Below are positions 34,718-47,580 of a stretch of 64,000 bases of DNA, one piece after another (position 1 is the stretch's first letter; each line of letters begins with the position of its first letter). The notes below the pieces were generated by a model, which was not told the DNA's origin, made no database searches, and saw only the letters and a list, made by a program, of their open reading frames with translations. Source of the DNA: Squalus acanthias (taxonomy: Eukaryota). The DNA lies in contig CM059432.1 in assembly GCA_030390025.1 (NCBI GenBank), positions 77,316,001 through 77,380,000 of the forward strand, given 5' to 3'. Position numbers and translations under genes: made by a program.

Positions 34718-35480
34718 GGGGCAGAAATTCAGCTGTTGTCGGGTGAGTACGCACTGTGTACTCACCCGTGGATGGAACGAAAGTGCCAGTTTCTTGCATG
34801 CACTGCGCATGTGCGGGAAACCGGCACTTCCGTTCCCCTGAGGAAAGGGGTTCAGAGGTCGAACGCGCACGCCGGAGGGCCAGCGCGTTCGCCTCGCACT
34901 TCGTTTTTTTACAGGTTCCTCCGTGAGGGTAAGCACGGAGAAGACACACTTTGAAAAAGGAGGCGCAAGGCCTTCTTTTAACAAGGTAAGTGTTGATTTT
35001 ATTAAAATTTAAACATTTTTTTCACAGATTTATCTTTTTTAATTACTTTAAAGAAAGGTAAGTTTAGTTTTAGCCCCGTTAAAAAATGTAATTAATTTTT
35101 TCAACAATTTTAATTTTTGTTTAAAATAGTTAATTAATGTAATTTATAGTTATTTTAAAAATGTGATTTAAAAAAAAAATGTATTTGTAGTTTTAGGGAT
35201 GTTTTGGGGCCGATCTGTATTCATAGATTTGACAGGTCTTCCTGTCAAATCTATGAATGAAAGATGGCCTGCTGCCATTGGCTCTCCATGGCCCACGTGA
35301 TCCCAGGGGACGCATCGCACTAACTACGCCCCTGGGATACGCAAGCCCTGCGCGCCGGCAATTGGAGGAGGCCCAGGACCCGAAGTCCCCGTGGGCCCAG
35401 AGGTCAACGGCAGGCGCGGTAGGTAGGTGCGCGTGCGATCCTTGCACCAGCGGGAAGCCAGGGAGCCGAATTTCTGGTCC
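34718..35480. mobile_element. Harbinger-type MITE, same family as 17775-18530, inverted
   Basis: TIRs GGGGCAGAAATTCAGCT / AGCCGAATTTCTGGTCC, flanks AAT/ATT, colinear with the reverse complement of 17775-18530. Confidence 0.9.
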
Positions 35481-36195
35481 ATTATATATTTGTTGGGCTG
35501 ATCACTGTTACTCAGACACCAGAGGGTTAATACATCAGTTATCCAGCATAATATGAGCAAACAATGATAAAGCCTCATAAGGTCTTAGCATCTGTTAAAA
35601 ATATTGCACTAGATCTCTTTGTCTATTTTCAGGCATTTAAAGCTCACTAAATAATTTAAAATCAGTTCACAATTTAACAATGATAGCAAGTCATAGTACT
35701 GATTGACTCTTTGTAAACATGGCCAACTATCAGACATTATGGCAATCAGGACACAAACGGCATATTATCTTGTTTTCTCATAAAAACCACAGGAAGTTAC
35801 ATTATTTCCACAGACACACACGCACAAAAACAGCCCACATACTACACATTTACTACATCAGTGGGCTGACCAGCTGCAACTGAGAAAAATGCACGGCTTA
35901 GCACAATGAAAATTTGGGAATATTTGATTATGGTGGTCCTGTGGGGGGTAATGTTACCACAGATTTATCATTGATTATAGAATATTATAATTAGAAAGAT
36001 ACTTCTAGTAAGTGTCATTCCTGTCCAACTTCCAAGTAATATTAAACACAGACCACAAACATTGTGAACAAAATACCTCCTTCTCACTCACCATATTTCA
36101 TTAATAGGAAAGTATAATAAAAGCTAGAAATACAATAAGAAGTTATCACTGTTTACTGTTAAGTGAAATATAAATTGTCAGAGGACATAAGTATT

Positions 36196-37114
36196 GCTCA
36201 GTGAAAAACAGTAAGGCCTAGAGCGGCGAGGCGGCAGAGGCGGCAGGTCTGCGAGGGAACAGAGGCGGCGAGCGGCGGTACTTAAGGTGAGCCCTGAGGC
36301 GGCAGCGAGGCCTAGAGCGGTGAGGCGGCAGAGGCGGCAGGTCTGCGAGGGAACAGAGGCGGCGAGCGGCGGTACTTAAGGTGAGCCCTGAGGCGGCAGC
36401 GAGGCCTAGAGCGACGAGGCGGCAGAGGCGGCGGACCTGCGAGGGAACAGAGGCAGCGAGCGGCGGTACTTAAAGTGAGCCCCGAGGCGGCTTACAAATT
36501 CAAGTTCCGGGAGAGGGAAGCAAAAAGTATTCGTAGTGTAACGTCACCAAAAAGCAGGTAAATGATTGGTTGGTGAGTGTTTTCTTTCTCAATTTTTCTA
36601 AACTTAAATTTTGTGGTTTCTACGGTCTCTTTGTGTAGCGGGGACTACTGTTAAGCAAGGGCCCTTGAGTATATCACTTAATTCCAGTGTAATTGGTGGG
36701 ATCCATTTAATTTAAATTTAATTTTAATTAATTAATTAATTAAAGAGTAAGTCATGGTAGGACAGCTCGGTGCTGTGACATGCTTTTCCTGCACTATGTG
36801 GGAAATCAGGGACACTTCCTGTGTGCGGGAGGTGTATCCAGCTGCAGCTACTGACAGACCGCATTGCGGCACTGGAGCTGCGGATGGATGCATACTGGAG
36901 CATTCGCGATGCTGAGGACATCGTGGATAGCACGTTTAGGGAGTTGGTCACACCACAGGTAAAGGGTATACAGGCAGGAAGGGAATGGGTGCCCACCAGG
37001 CAGAGTAATAGGCGCAGGCAGGTAGTGCAGGGGTCCCCTGTGGCCATCCCCCTCTCAAACAGATATACCGCTTTGGATATTGTTGAGGGAGATGGCTTAT
37101 GATTCTATGATTCT
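36196..37114 (+). mobile_element. Internally deleted CR1: 5' UTR and ORF1 N-terminus joined to the 3' tail
   Basis: ORF1-like CxxC..CGRCIQLQLLTDRIAALELRM..IPLSNRYTALD, followed directly by (TTCTATGA)n. Flanks ATAAGTATT / ATAAGCATT. Confidence 0.75.
36214..36492 (+). repeat. GC-rich tandem repeat, 94-bp unit x3, in the CR1 5' UTR
   Basis: AGGCCTAGAGCG recurs at 36214, 36308 and 36402 with near-identical units. Confidence 0.92.
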
Positions 37115-38726
37115 ATAAGCATTTGGCTTTGGATTCAACAGGCCAAAACAGGAGCCTGGTGGTAAGACAATAGCAGCAATAGATCACCAGAGATTGGCCT
37201 CAGCCAACTTCCAGATAGGCAGGAAAGGCAGATTTTATTTTTTCCCCCTATCGGAGAGTCGGATCACATCTCGCTGGAGATTTGAATGTATAATCCACTG
37301 CCCGGGATTAGAAATATACGCTGCTCCTAAACTATGAAGAATTAGGCACACTCCACTACTAGACCCCCTTGCCCCCACCGGGGTTTCACCACCAAAGCGG
37401 TAAAATAATACAGTAAATAGGTTGTATGCGAGTTAATTTGTTGCCATAGTTTGTTTGGCCACTCCCGTAAGCACACTCGGGTAATTTTAATCCTACCTGT
37501 CTGGCAAAAACCGAGCTAGTGAGCAGTTAAACTCAGCCAGGTGACTTACCTGCCGACATTCCACCTGGATCCCGTCATTTCAATTTTAACCTGCTTTTCT
37601 GAGCAGGCGGCAAGAGCACCTGCCTGAAACTGGTGGGGTCATTCTTTAAATATGGGCATCGGGGTCTGATGGCACCATCAGGCCCTGACTGCAATTTTTT
37701 AACTGTGGCCTGAGTGGGGAAACTGTTGAGGCTTTCCCGGCAGGAGAAGGCAGTGGGAAGAGACTCCGGGACCAACTTAGTCCATTTAAAGTAAGTTTCT
37801 TCACTTATATTTAAAGAATGTTTCAGGGCAATCATGTGCAGATTTTTCTATAAAACGAGTCCTAGATCCCAACTGAAGAAGCAGATCTCCGGAATTTCCC
37901 ATTTCCAAATTTTGGCACTCGGATGTTAAACTTAGCAACTATGCAATCATCCATTTCCCAACTAGAACTTGGCCGAACTCGACAGAAATTCCACTCTTGG
38001 TAACCCCCCTCCTCCCCCAGAAAGTCCAAAGCTTTTTCATAGAAACCTATGGGAATTCCAAATCTCAAATGTGCTTTTTCCAGTAAATTGGTTGCAAATA
38101 TTTTATTGCATTAATCAAAGTTTTTAATCATGGTTTATTCAAAATTAAAGAAAGGGATCACTGCCTCAGTTATCATAATAATGCTTGTGGTAATCTGTTC
38201 TGATTTTTGTATTAATCTTCTCAACTATTTTCAAGAGAACTTCTCTTTTGGCACTCTAAACAAAAAGCTGTTAAAATCTGTTGACTAGAGAGGTCTAGTC
38301 AGTAAAAGTGAAATGTGTCCTTGTCCTTTTTTTTCCATGCCAATTTCTTTCTCTTTCCTGAAGGCGTTGATTCCCTGCTGAGGTTCAATTCCACTGGTTC
38401 TGGTCACCATCTGAAACCTCACCCTAGTAACCATTATTCTTAAAGAAGCCATGACAGTGTGCTTCAGCAAACTATTCTTTCACTGGCGCCTCACAGGCAA
38501 GACCAATCTCATCCTCAACTGAAATCTACTCACGGCCTCCAAGTCCTGGGATGGACAAGGGTCAGGCTTACTCTTTGTTATGGGCCCCTTGGCAGCCTGG
38601 TTTGCAAAGACTTTTAGGGAGCTGATGGGGTGCTCATCTGTGCTGCTGCCATGAGGGACGCAGCCTCTGAGGTACACACACCAGATTCTCCACTGATACT
38701 GCCAACTGGATTCTGTTTATCAGCAA

Positions 38727-40937
38727 TCATAGAAACATAGAAATGTAGAAGATAGGAGCAGGAGTAGGCCATTCGGCCCCTCGAGCCTGTTCCACCATTT
38801 AATGAGATCATGGCTGATCATCCAAATTCAGTACCCTGTCCCTGCTTTCTCCCCATACCCCTTGCTCCCTTTAGCCTTAAGAAATATATCTAACTCCTTC
38901 TTGAATATATTTAATGAATTGGCCTCAACTGCCTTCTGTGGTAGAGAATTCCACAGGTTCACCACTCTCTGGGTGAAGAAATTCCTCCTCATCTCAGTCC
39001 TAAATGGCTTACCCCTTATCCTTAGACTGTGACCCCTGGTTCTGGACTCCCCCGCCATCGGGAACATCCTTCCTGCATCTAGTCTGTCTAGTCCTGTTAG
39101 AATTTTATAAGTTTCAATGAGATTCCCTCTCATTCTTCTAAACTCCAGCAAATATAAGCCTAATCGACCCAATCTCTCTTCATACGTCATTCCTGCCATC
39201 CCAGGTATCAGTCTGGTGAATCTTCGCTGCACTCCCTCCATGGCAAGAACATCCTTCCTCAGATAAGGCGACCAAAACTGCACACAATACTCAAGGTGTG
39301 GTCTCACTAAGGCCCTGTACAACTGCAGCAAGACATCCTTGCTCCTGTACTCGAAGCCTCTTGCTATGAAGGCCAACATACCATTTGCCTTCTTGACCGC
39401 CTGCTGCACCTGCATGCTTACCTTCAGCGACTGGTGCACAAGGACACCCAGGTCTCGTTGCACTTCCCCTTTTCCCAATCTATTGCCGTTCAGATAATAA
39501 TCTGCCTTCCTGTTTTTGCCACCAACGTGGATAACCTCGCATTTATCCACATTATACTGCATCTGCCCAATCACCCAACCTGTCCAAATCATACTGGAGT
39601 TTCTCTGCATCCTCCTCACAGCACACACGCCCACCCAGCTTTGTGTCATCTGCAAACTTGGAGATATTACATCTAGTTCCCTTGTCTAGATCATTAATAT
39701 ATATATTGTGAATAACTGGGGTCCTAGCACCGATCCCTGCGGTACCCCACTAGTCACTGCCTGCCACTCGGAAAAAGACCCGTTTATTCCAACTCTTTGC
39801 TTCCTGTCTGCCAACCAGTTTTCTATCCAAATCAGTACCTTACCCCCAATCCCATGTGCTTTAACTTTGCACGCTAATCTCTTATGCGGGACCTTATCGA
39901 AAGCCTTCTGAAAGTCCAAATACACCACATCCACTGGTTCTCCCTTATCTATTCTACCAGTTACATGCTCAAAAAATTCCAGTAGATTAGTCAAGCATGA
40001 TTTACCTTTTGTAAATCCATGTTGACTTTGTCCGATCCTGTCACTGTTTTCCAAGTGCTCTGCTATTACATCTTTTATAATGGACTCTAGCATTTTCCCC
40101 ACTACCGATGTCAGGCTTACTGGTCTATAATTCCCCGTTTTCTCTCTACCACCTTTTTTAAATAGTGGGGTTACATTAGCTACCCTCCAATCCATGGGAA
40201 CTGTTCCAGAGTCTATAGAATTTTGGAAGATGACCAGCAATGCATCTACTATTTCTAGGGCCACTTCCTGAAGTACCCTAGGATGTAGATTATCAGGCAC
40301 TAGGGATTTATTGACCTTCAATCCCGTCAATTTCCCTAACACCATTTCCCTACAAATACTGATTTCATTCAGTTCCTCCCTCTCATTAGACCCTATGTTC
40401 CCCGACATTTCTGGGAGGTTATTTGTGTCCTCCTTTGTGAAGACAGAACCAAAGTATGTATTTAATTGGTCAGCCATTTCTTTGTTCCCCATTATAAATT
40501 CCCCTGATTCTGACTGCAAGGGAGCTACACATGACTTCACCAATCTTTTTCTCTTCACATATCTATAGAAGCTTTTACAGTCAGTTTTTATGTTCCCTGC
40601 AAGCTTACTCTCATAATCTATTTCCCCCTCTTAATTAATCCCTTTGTCCTCCTTTGCGCAATCCTAAACTGCTCCCAATCCTCAGGTTTGCTGCTTTTTC
40701 TGGCCAAATTATATGTCCTCTCCTTGGATCTTATGCTATCCCTAATTTCCCTTGTTAGCCACGGTTGAGTCACCTTTTTTGTTTTATTTTTATGCCAAAC
40801 AGGGATGAACAAATTCTGTAGTTCATCCATGCGATCTTTAAATATTTGCCATTGCGTATTCACCGTTAACCTTTTAAGTAACATTCCTCAATCCATCCTA
40901 GCCAACTCGTGCCTCATACCATCGTAGTTTCCTTTAT
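38727..40937 (-). mobile_element. 5'-truncated CR1 LINE (RT, frameshifted)
   Basis: NYRPVSLTSVVGK, YLDFQKAFDKVPH, GVPQGSVLGP. (CATAGAAA)n tail at 38727. Confidence 0.93.
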
Positions 40938-42283
40938 CACTGGGAGAACAGATGGCAAGGAATAAGAAAGATCCTAAATCCCTGAGAGGTTCAACTGAAT
41001 GTTCTTTAGTCCCTCTGAGATTCTGCCATGTATACTTTGCAATACGGTTGACATCAATCTCTCCAGATGGGTCCCAAAGACCTGTAGTCTTTCATTCAAT
41101 GCTTCCACATTGAGTTGACCGACTTGCCTGGATCTCTCATGAAGGTGCAGAAGTTTTCTAGATGCTCCTGCAGCTGAAACTTTCTCCAGGCTGCCCAGCA
41201 ATGAAGTGACACCCTCTGGGATGTTGGTGCACAGCAGGGTAGTGGACTCCACCGCTATCCCAGCTTCTCTATCTTGGGAGAGGCCATGCAGAAACTTCGT
41301 ATGTGTTGGATGCTCTGCTTGCATCTTTCTCTTCATGGTACGACCCCTGGGATCATCATCTGCTTGCTCTACATCAGAGTCCACTTCCACATCTGCATCC
41401 TCTGGCCTCTGTGTCTCACCACGTGTCAATTCTTCATCTACATTATCCACAAGTGTGTGTCTCTCGATTGATGAGTGCAAGGGAGAGGGTGAATGATGGG
41501 GTGGGTGAGTGGTCGCCAGTGTGGCTTGAGGTAGAGAGCACTGCAAGGTCTTGCTCTTGAGTAATGTTTTCCGTTATATCCTGGGTTCCAGCCTCTGGAG
41601 GAAATTCAGTACTGTTAACTTTGGTCTACTGGAACAGCATTCTATCTTAATCAACTAAAGAGCGCGTATGACAAATGTCAGGTCAAGAATACATCAGAGA
41701 ATCAGGCTAAATATAGAAATTTCAGAGGAGAAGTGAAAAAGAAAATAAGAGGGGCAAAGAGAGGGTATGAGAATAGATTCGCAGCTAACATAAACGGTAA
41801 TCCAAAAGTCTTCCAAAGGCATATAAATAGTAAACAGGTAGTAAGAGGAGGAGTGGGGCTGATTAGGAAACAAAAAGGAGACCTACGCATGGAGGCAGAG
41901 GGTATGACTAAGGTACTAAATGAGTACTTTGCATCTGTTTTCACCAAGGAAGAAGATGCTACCATAGACATAGACATAGACCTAGTAAAGAGGAGGTAGA
42001 GGAGATACTGGATGGGATAAGAATTGATAAAGACGAGGTACGAGAAAGGCTGGCTGTACTTAAAGTAGATAAGTCACCAGGACTGGATGGGATGCATCCT
42101 AGGATGCTGAGGGAAGTGAAGGATGAAATCGTGAAGGTACTGGCCATAATCTTCCAATCCTCCTTAGAAACGGGGGTGGTGCCAGAGGACTGGAGAATTA
42201 CAAATGTTACACCCTTGTTTAAAAAAGGGTGTAAAGATAAACCCAGCAACTACAGGCCAGTCAGTTTAACCTCGGTAGTGGAT

Positions 42284-45200
42284 CATAGAGTCATAGAGTC
42301 ATAATGGCACAGAAGGAGGCCATTCGGCCCATCGAGTCCGTGCCGGCTCTCTGTAGAGCAATCCAGTCAGTCCCATTCTCCCGCTCTATCCCCGTAGCCC
42401 TGCAAGTTTATTTCCCTCAAGTGCCTATCCAGTCTCCCCTTGAAAACATTGAGTGTCTCCTCTTCCACCACTTCCGTCAGCAGCGAGTTCCAGGTCATCA
42501 CCACTCGCTGCGTAAAAAAGTTTTTCCTCACATCCCCCCTGTATCTCTTGCCCAAAACCTTAAATCTGTGTCCCCTAGTCCTTGTACCATCAACTAGTGG
42601 GAACAGTCTTTCCCTGTCTAGCCTATCCAAACCCGTCATAATCTTGTACACCTCTATCAAATCACCGCTCAACCTCCTTTGCTCTAATGAAAACAAATCC
42701 AGCTTCTCCAACCTGTCCTTGTAGCTAAGATCCCCCATCCTCGGAACCATTTTGGTAAATCACCTCTGCACCCTCTCAAGGGCCTTCACATCCTTCCTAA
42801 GGTGTGATGACCAGAACTGGATGCAATACTCCAGTTGTGGCCTAACCAGCGCTTTATAAAGGTTCAGCATAACTTCTCTACTTTTGTACTTAATACCTCT
42901 ATTTATGAAGCCCAAGATCCCATATGCTTTGTTAACCACTCTCTCAATATGTCCGACCACCTTCAGGGACCTATGCACATTAACTCCCAGGTCCCTTTGT
43001 CCCTGCACACTCTTTAAAACTGTGCCTTTAAGTGTATATTGCCTCTCCCTGTTCCTTCTGCCAAAATGCATCACCTCACACTTCCATCTGCCACTTGTCT
43101 GCCCATTCTGCTAGCATTTCTATGTCCTGCTGCAGTCGATTGGAATCATCGTCACTGTTTGCCACACCCCCAAGTTTGGTGTCATCGGCAAAATTAGAAA
43201 TTCTACTCTGTATTCCAATATCCAGGTCATTTATATATATCAATAAAAGCAGTGGCCCCAGCACTGACCCTTGGGGAACACCACTGCCTACCAGTCTGAA
43301 AAACAACTATTTACCACAACTCGCTGTTTTCTGTCCTTAAGCCAATTCCTTATCCAAGCTGCCACTGACCCATCTATTCCATGAGCCTCAATTTTGTTAA
43401 CCAACTTTCTATGTGGTACTTTGTCAAACATCTTCCGAAAATGCATGTAGACAACATCCATTGCATTCCCTTCATCAATCCTCTCTGTTACTTCATCAAA
43501 AAACTCAATTAGATTAGTCAAACACGATCTGCCTTTTACAAATCCGAGTTGGCTCTCCTTAATTAGCTTAAACCTCTCCAAGTGCCCATTAATTTTTTAT
43601 TGTTTCGAAAACTTTACCCACCATTGATGTTAAACTGACCGGCCTGTACTTACTAGGATTGTCCTTACACCCTTTCTTGAACAATGGTGTCACATTTGCC
43701 ACTTTTCAATCCTCAGGCACCTCCACCGCATCTAGGGAAGATTGGAAAATTATGGCAAGCCCTTCTGCTATCTCCTCCCCCAATTCCCTTAACAACCTGG
43801 GATGCAAGCCATCTACAAGGCACAAGTAAGGAGTGTGATGGAATACTCTCCACTTGCCTGGATGAGTGCAGCTCCAACAACATTTAAGAAGCTCAACACC
43901 ATCCAGGACAAAGCAGCCCGCTTGATTGGCACCCCATCCACCACCTTAAACATTAACTCCCTCCACCACCGGCGTACCATGGCTGCAGTGTGTACCATCT
44001 ACAAGATGCACTGCAGCAACTCACCAAGGCTTCTTCGGCAGCACCTCCCAAACCCGCGACCTCTTCCACCTAGAAGGACAAGGGCAGCAGGCACATGGGA
44101 ACACCACCACCTCCAAGTTCTCCTCCAAGTCACACACCATCCTGACTTAGAAGTATATCGCCGATCCTTCATCGTCGCTGGGTCAAAATCCTGGAACTCC
44201 CTACCTAACAGTACTGTGGGAGTACCTTCACCACACGGACTGCAGCGGTTCAAGAAGGCGGCTCACCACCACCTTCTCAAAGGCAATTACGGATGGGCAA
44301 TAAATGCTGGCTTTGCCAGTGACGCCCACATCCCATAAACGAATAAAAAAAAAGCCATCTGGACCAGGTGACTTGTCCACTGTAAGCAAACCCAGCCGTT
44401 CTAGTACATCCTGTCTATCAATTTTCACCCCTTCCATTGCTTCTACCTTTTCCACTTCTACTGATATTTTGTCAGCATCCACCTCCTTAGTAAACACCGA
44501 TACAAAGTGCTCATTGAGTATTCTAGCCTTGCCCTGCGTCTCTAAGCATATATCACCTTCTTTGTCTCTAATAGGCCCCACCCCGTCTCTTACTACCCGC
44601 TTACTGTTTACATGCCGGTAGAAGATTTTTGGGTTCCCTTTTATGTTAACCGCCATTCTACTCTCATATTCTCTCTTTGCCAATCTTATTTTCATCTTCA
44701 CTTTGCCTCTCAACTTATTGTATTTGTTCTGGTTCTCCCTTGAAGAATTTACCTGACATGCATCATACACCCTCTTTTTTTGTTTCATCATCTTCTTTAT
44801 CTCCCTCATCATTCAAGGAGCCCTTGCTTTGGTTCCCTTACCCTTCCCTCTTGTTGGGGTGTACCTAGCCTGTACTTGGAACATTTCCTCCTTAAAGATC
44901 ACCCATTGTTCCATTACAGTTTTTCCTGTCAGTCTTTGGTTCCATTTTACCCTGGCTAGATCCTTTCGCATCCCATTGAAGTTAGCCCTATTCCAGTTTA
45001 GAAGTTCCACTCTAGATTGTTCCTTGCTCCTCTCCATTGCTAATCCAAATCTTATGAAACAATGATCACTCATACCCAAGTGTTCTCCCACAGACACTTG
45101 GTCGACCTGGCCCACCTCATTCCCCAGCATCAGATCCAGCAATGCCTCCTTCCTAGTTGGGCCAAGAACATACTGGTCAAGGAAATTCTCCTGAACACAT

Positions 45201-45576
45201 TTCAGAAATTCCTCCCCCTCCTTTCCCTTTACCCTAGCATTATCCCAATCGATATTTGGGTAATTAAAGTCCCCCAATATTACCACTCTATAGCGCTTGC
45301 ATATCTCTGCGATTTCCCTGCAGATTTGCTCCTCTACCTCCCTCTCACTATTTGGAAGCCTATAGAATACCCCCAAAAGTGTGATTATACCCTTTTTGCT
45401 CCTCAACTCTAACCAAATGGATTCTGTCCTTGTCCCCACAAGAACATCCTCCTTTTCCAACACTACAATGTCTTCCTTAATCAGCACTGCCACTCCGCCT
45501 CCCTTTTTTCCTTCCCTATCTTTTCTGAACACCTTGTAGCCTTGAATATTAAGTGCCCAGTCCTCACCATTTTTAA
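42284..45576 (-). mobile_element. CR1 LINE, endonuclease to 3' end, decayed
   Basis: FRKDREGKKGGGVAVL, ILGDFNYP, SDH and RT motifs FADDTKL. (CATAGAGT)n tail. Confidence 0.92.
43815..44351 (+). mobile_element. 3' end of a different, poly(A)-tailed non-LTR retrotransposon family (CR1/L2/I-like RT thumb)
   Basis: IYKAQVRSVMEYSPLAW..IQDKAARLI..SLHHRR, then AATAAA and poly(A). TSD AAGCCATCT at 43806-43814 and 44352-44360. Confidence 0.82.
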
Positions 45577-45681
45577 GCTTTTAGAAACAATAATCAGGGA
45601 CAAAATTAACAGTCATTTGGACAAGTGTGGGTTAATTAAGGAAAGCCAGCATGGATTTGTTAAAGGCAAATCGTGTTTAAC

Positions 45682-46411
45682 ATAAGAACATAAGACGCAG
45701 GAGCAGGAGTAGGTCATTTGGCCCCTTGAGCCTGCTCCGCCATTCAATAAGATCATGGCTGATCTGATCTTGGCCTCAACTCCACTTTCCTGCCCGCTCC
45801 CCATAACCCTTGACTCCCTTATTGTTCAAAAATCTGTCTATCTTCATCTTAAATATATTCAATGACCCAGCCTCCACAGCTCTCTGGGGTAGAGAATTCC
45901 AAAGATTCACGGCCTTCTGAGAGAAGAAATACCTCCTCGTCTCCGTTTTAAATGGGCGACCCCTTATTCTGAAACTATGCCCCCTAGTTCAAGATTCCCC
46001 CACGAGGGGAAACATCCTCTGTGTCTACCCTGTCAAGCCCCCTCAGAATCTTATACGTTTCAATAAGATCACCTCTCATTCTTCTAAACTCCAATGAGTA
46101 TAGGCCCAACCTGCTCAACCTTTCTTCATAAGACAACCCCTTCATCTCAGGAATCAACCCAGTGAACCTTCTCTGAAAAGCCTCCAATGCAAGTGTATCA
46201 CTCCTTAAATAAGGAGACCAAAACTGTACGCAGTACTCCAGGTGTGGTCTCACCAGCGCCCTGTACAGTTGTAGCAAGACTTCCCTACTTTTATATGCCA
46301 TGCCCCTTGCAATAAAGGCCAACATTCCATTTGCCTTCCTAATTACTTGCTGTACCTGCACGCTAACTTTTTGTGCTTCATGATCCCTCTGTACCGTAGC
46401 ATTTTGTAGTC
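45682..46411 (-). mobile_element. CR1 3' end
   Basis: LYRALVRPHLEYCVQFWSP, (ATAAGAAC)n tail, TTAAC duplicated at the flanks. Confidence 0.9.
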
Positions 46412-47580
46412 TTAACCAACTTGATCGAGTTTTTTGATGAGGTAACAGAAAGGGTTGATGAGGGCAATGCGGTTGACGTAGTGTACATGGATTTTCAAAA
46501 GATGTTCAACAAAGTGCTACATAATAGGCTTGCCAGCAAAGTTGAAGCCCATGCAATAAAAGGGACAGTGGCAGCATGGATACAAAATTAGCTAACTGAC
46601 AGGAAACAGAGTAGTGGTGAATGGTTGTTTTTTGGACTGGAGGAAGGTGTATAGTGATGTTCCCCAGGGGTCGGTTCTAGGACCACTGCTTTTCTTGATA
46701 TATATTAATGACTTGGACTTGGGTGTACAGGGCAGAATTTCAAAATTTGCAGATGACACAACACTTGGAAGTATAGTGAACAGTGAGGAGGATAGTGATA
46801 GACTTCAAGAGAACATAGACAGGCTGGTGGAATGGACGGCATGTGGCAGATTAAATTTAACTCAGAAAAGTGTGAAGTGATACATTTTGGTAGAAAGAAT
46901 GAAGAGAGGAAATATAAACTAAAGGGTACAATCCTAAAGGGGGTGCATGAACAGAAAGACCTAGGGGTATATGTGTACAAATCATTGAAGGTGGCAGGGC
47001 AGGCTTTCAAAATGGAGTTGGATAAGTACCTGAAGGAAAGAAATTTGCAGGGCTACGGGGAAAGGGCGGGGGAGTGGGTCTAGCTGAAGTGCTCTTGCAG
47101 AGAGCTGGCACGGGCTCGATGGGCCGAATGGCCTTCCGTGCTGTAACCATTCTATGATTCTATGAACTACTTTGTGGGTTTCTTATGTGGAAAGCAAGAG
47201 TGAGGAGACTGGGGAATACATAGAAACAAATTAAATAAGAAAAGGTGTATCTTCTCACAAACCCACTGAAGACACAGAGACACCCACGTTGCCATTCCCA
47301 TCTGCGAGGACAGAATTGAAGCCAATTATTGCAATTGCTTCCTCTTTATGTTCTGTTGACGGCGAAATGCTGGCACATCCTCCTGCAGTAGCCTGGCATT
47401 CCCCGGCATTGTGTGCTGTCTTCACCTGCAGGAGGAATGCTGGCTACTGCAATCTGCAGATCCTGCAGTCACAATCAGTCAGGATTCATAGAATGGATGG
47501 TAGTAATAGTAGGTGTCTGGGAGCCTAGGATGTGAAACTTCAGTGTGAGACACATGATTGCTACTGTGTCAAGGAACATA

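Larger units (their letters stand above)
41690..47165 (+). mobile_element. CR1 LINE (plus) broken by nested insertions; pieces ~41690-42283, 45577-45681, 46412-47165
   Basis: The RT sequence resumes across each insertion (NYRPVSLTSVV | KLLETII..KGKSCLT | NLIEFFDEVT). (TTCTATGA)n tail at 47150. Confidence 0.85.

Noticed and set aside
36214..36492. CRISPR-like array
   Set aside because: Contiguous tandem units with no unique spacers, in a eukaryotic LINE 5' UTR.
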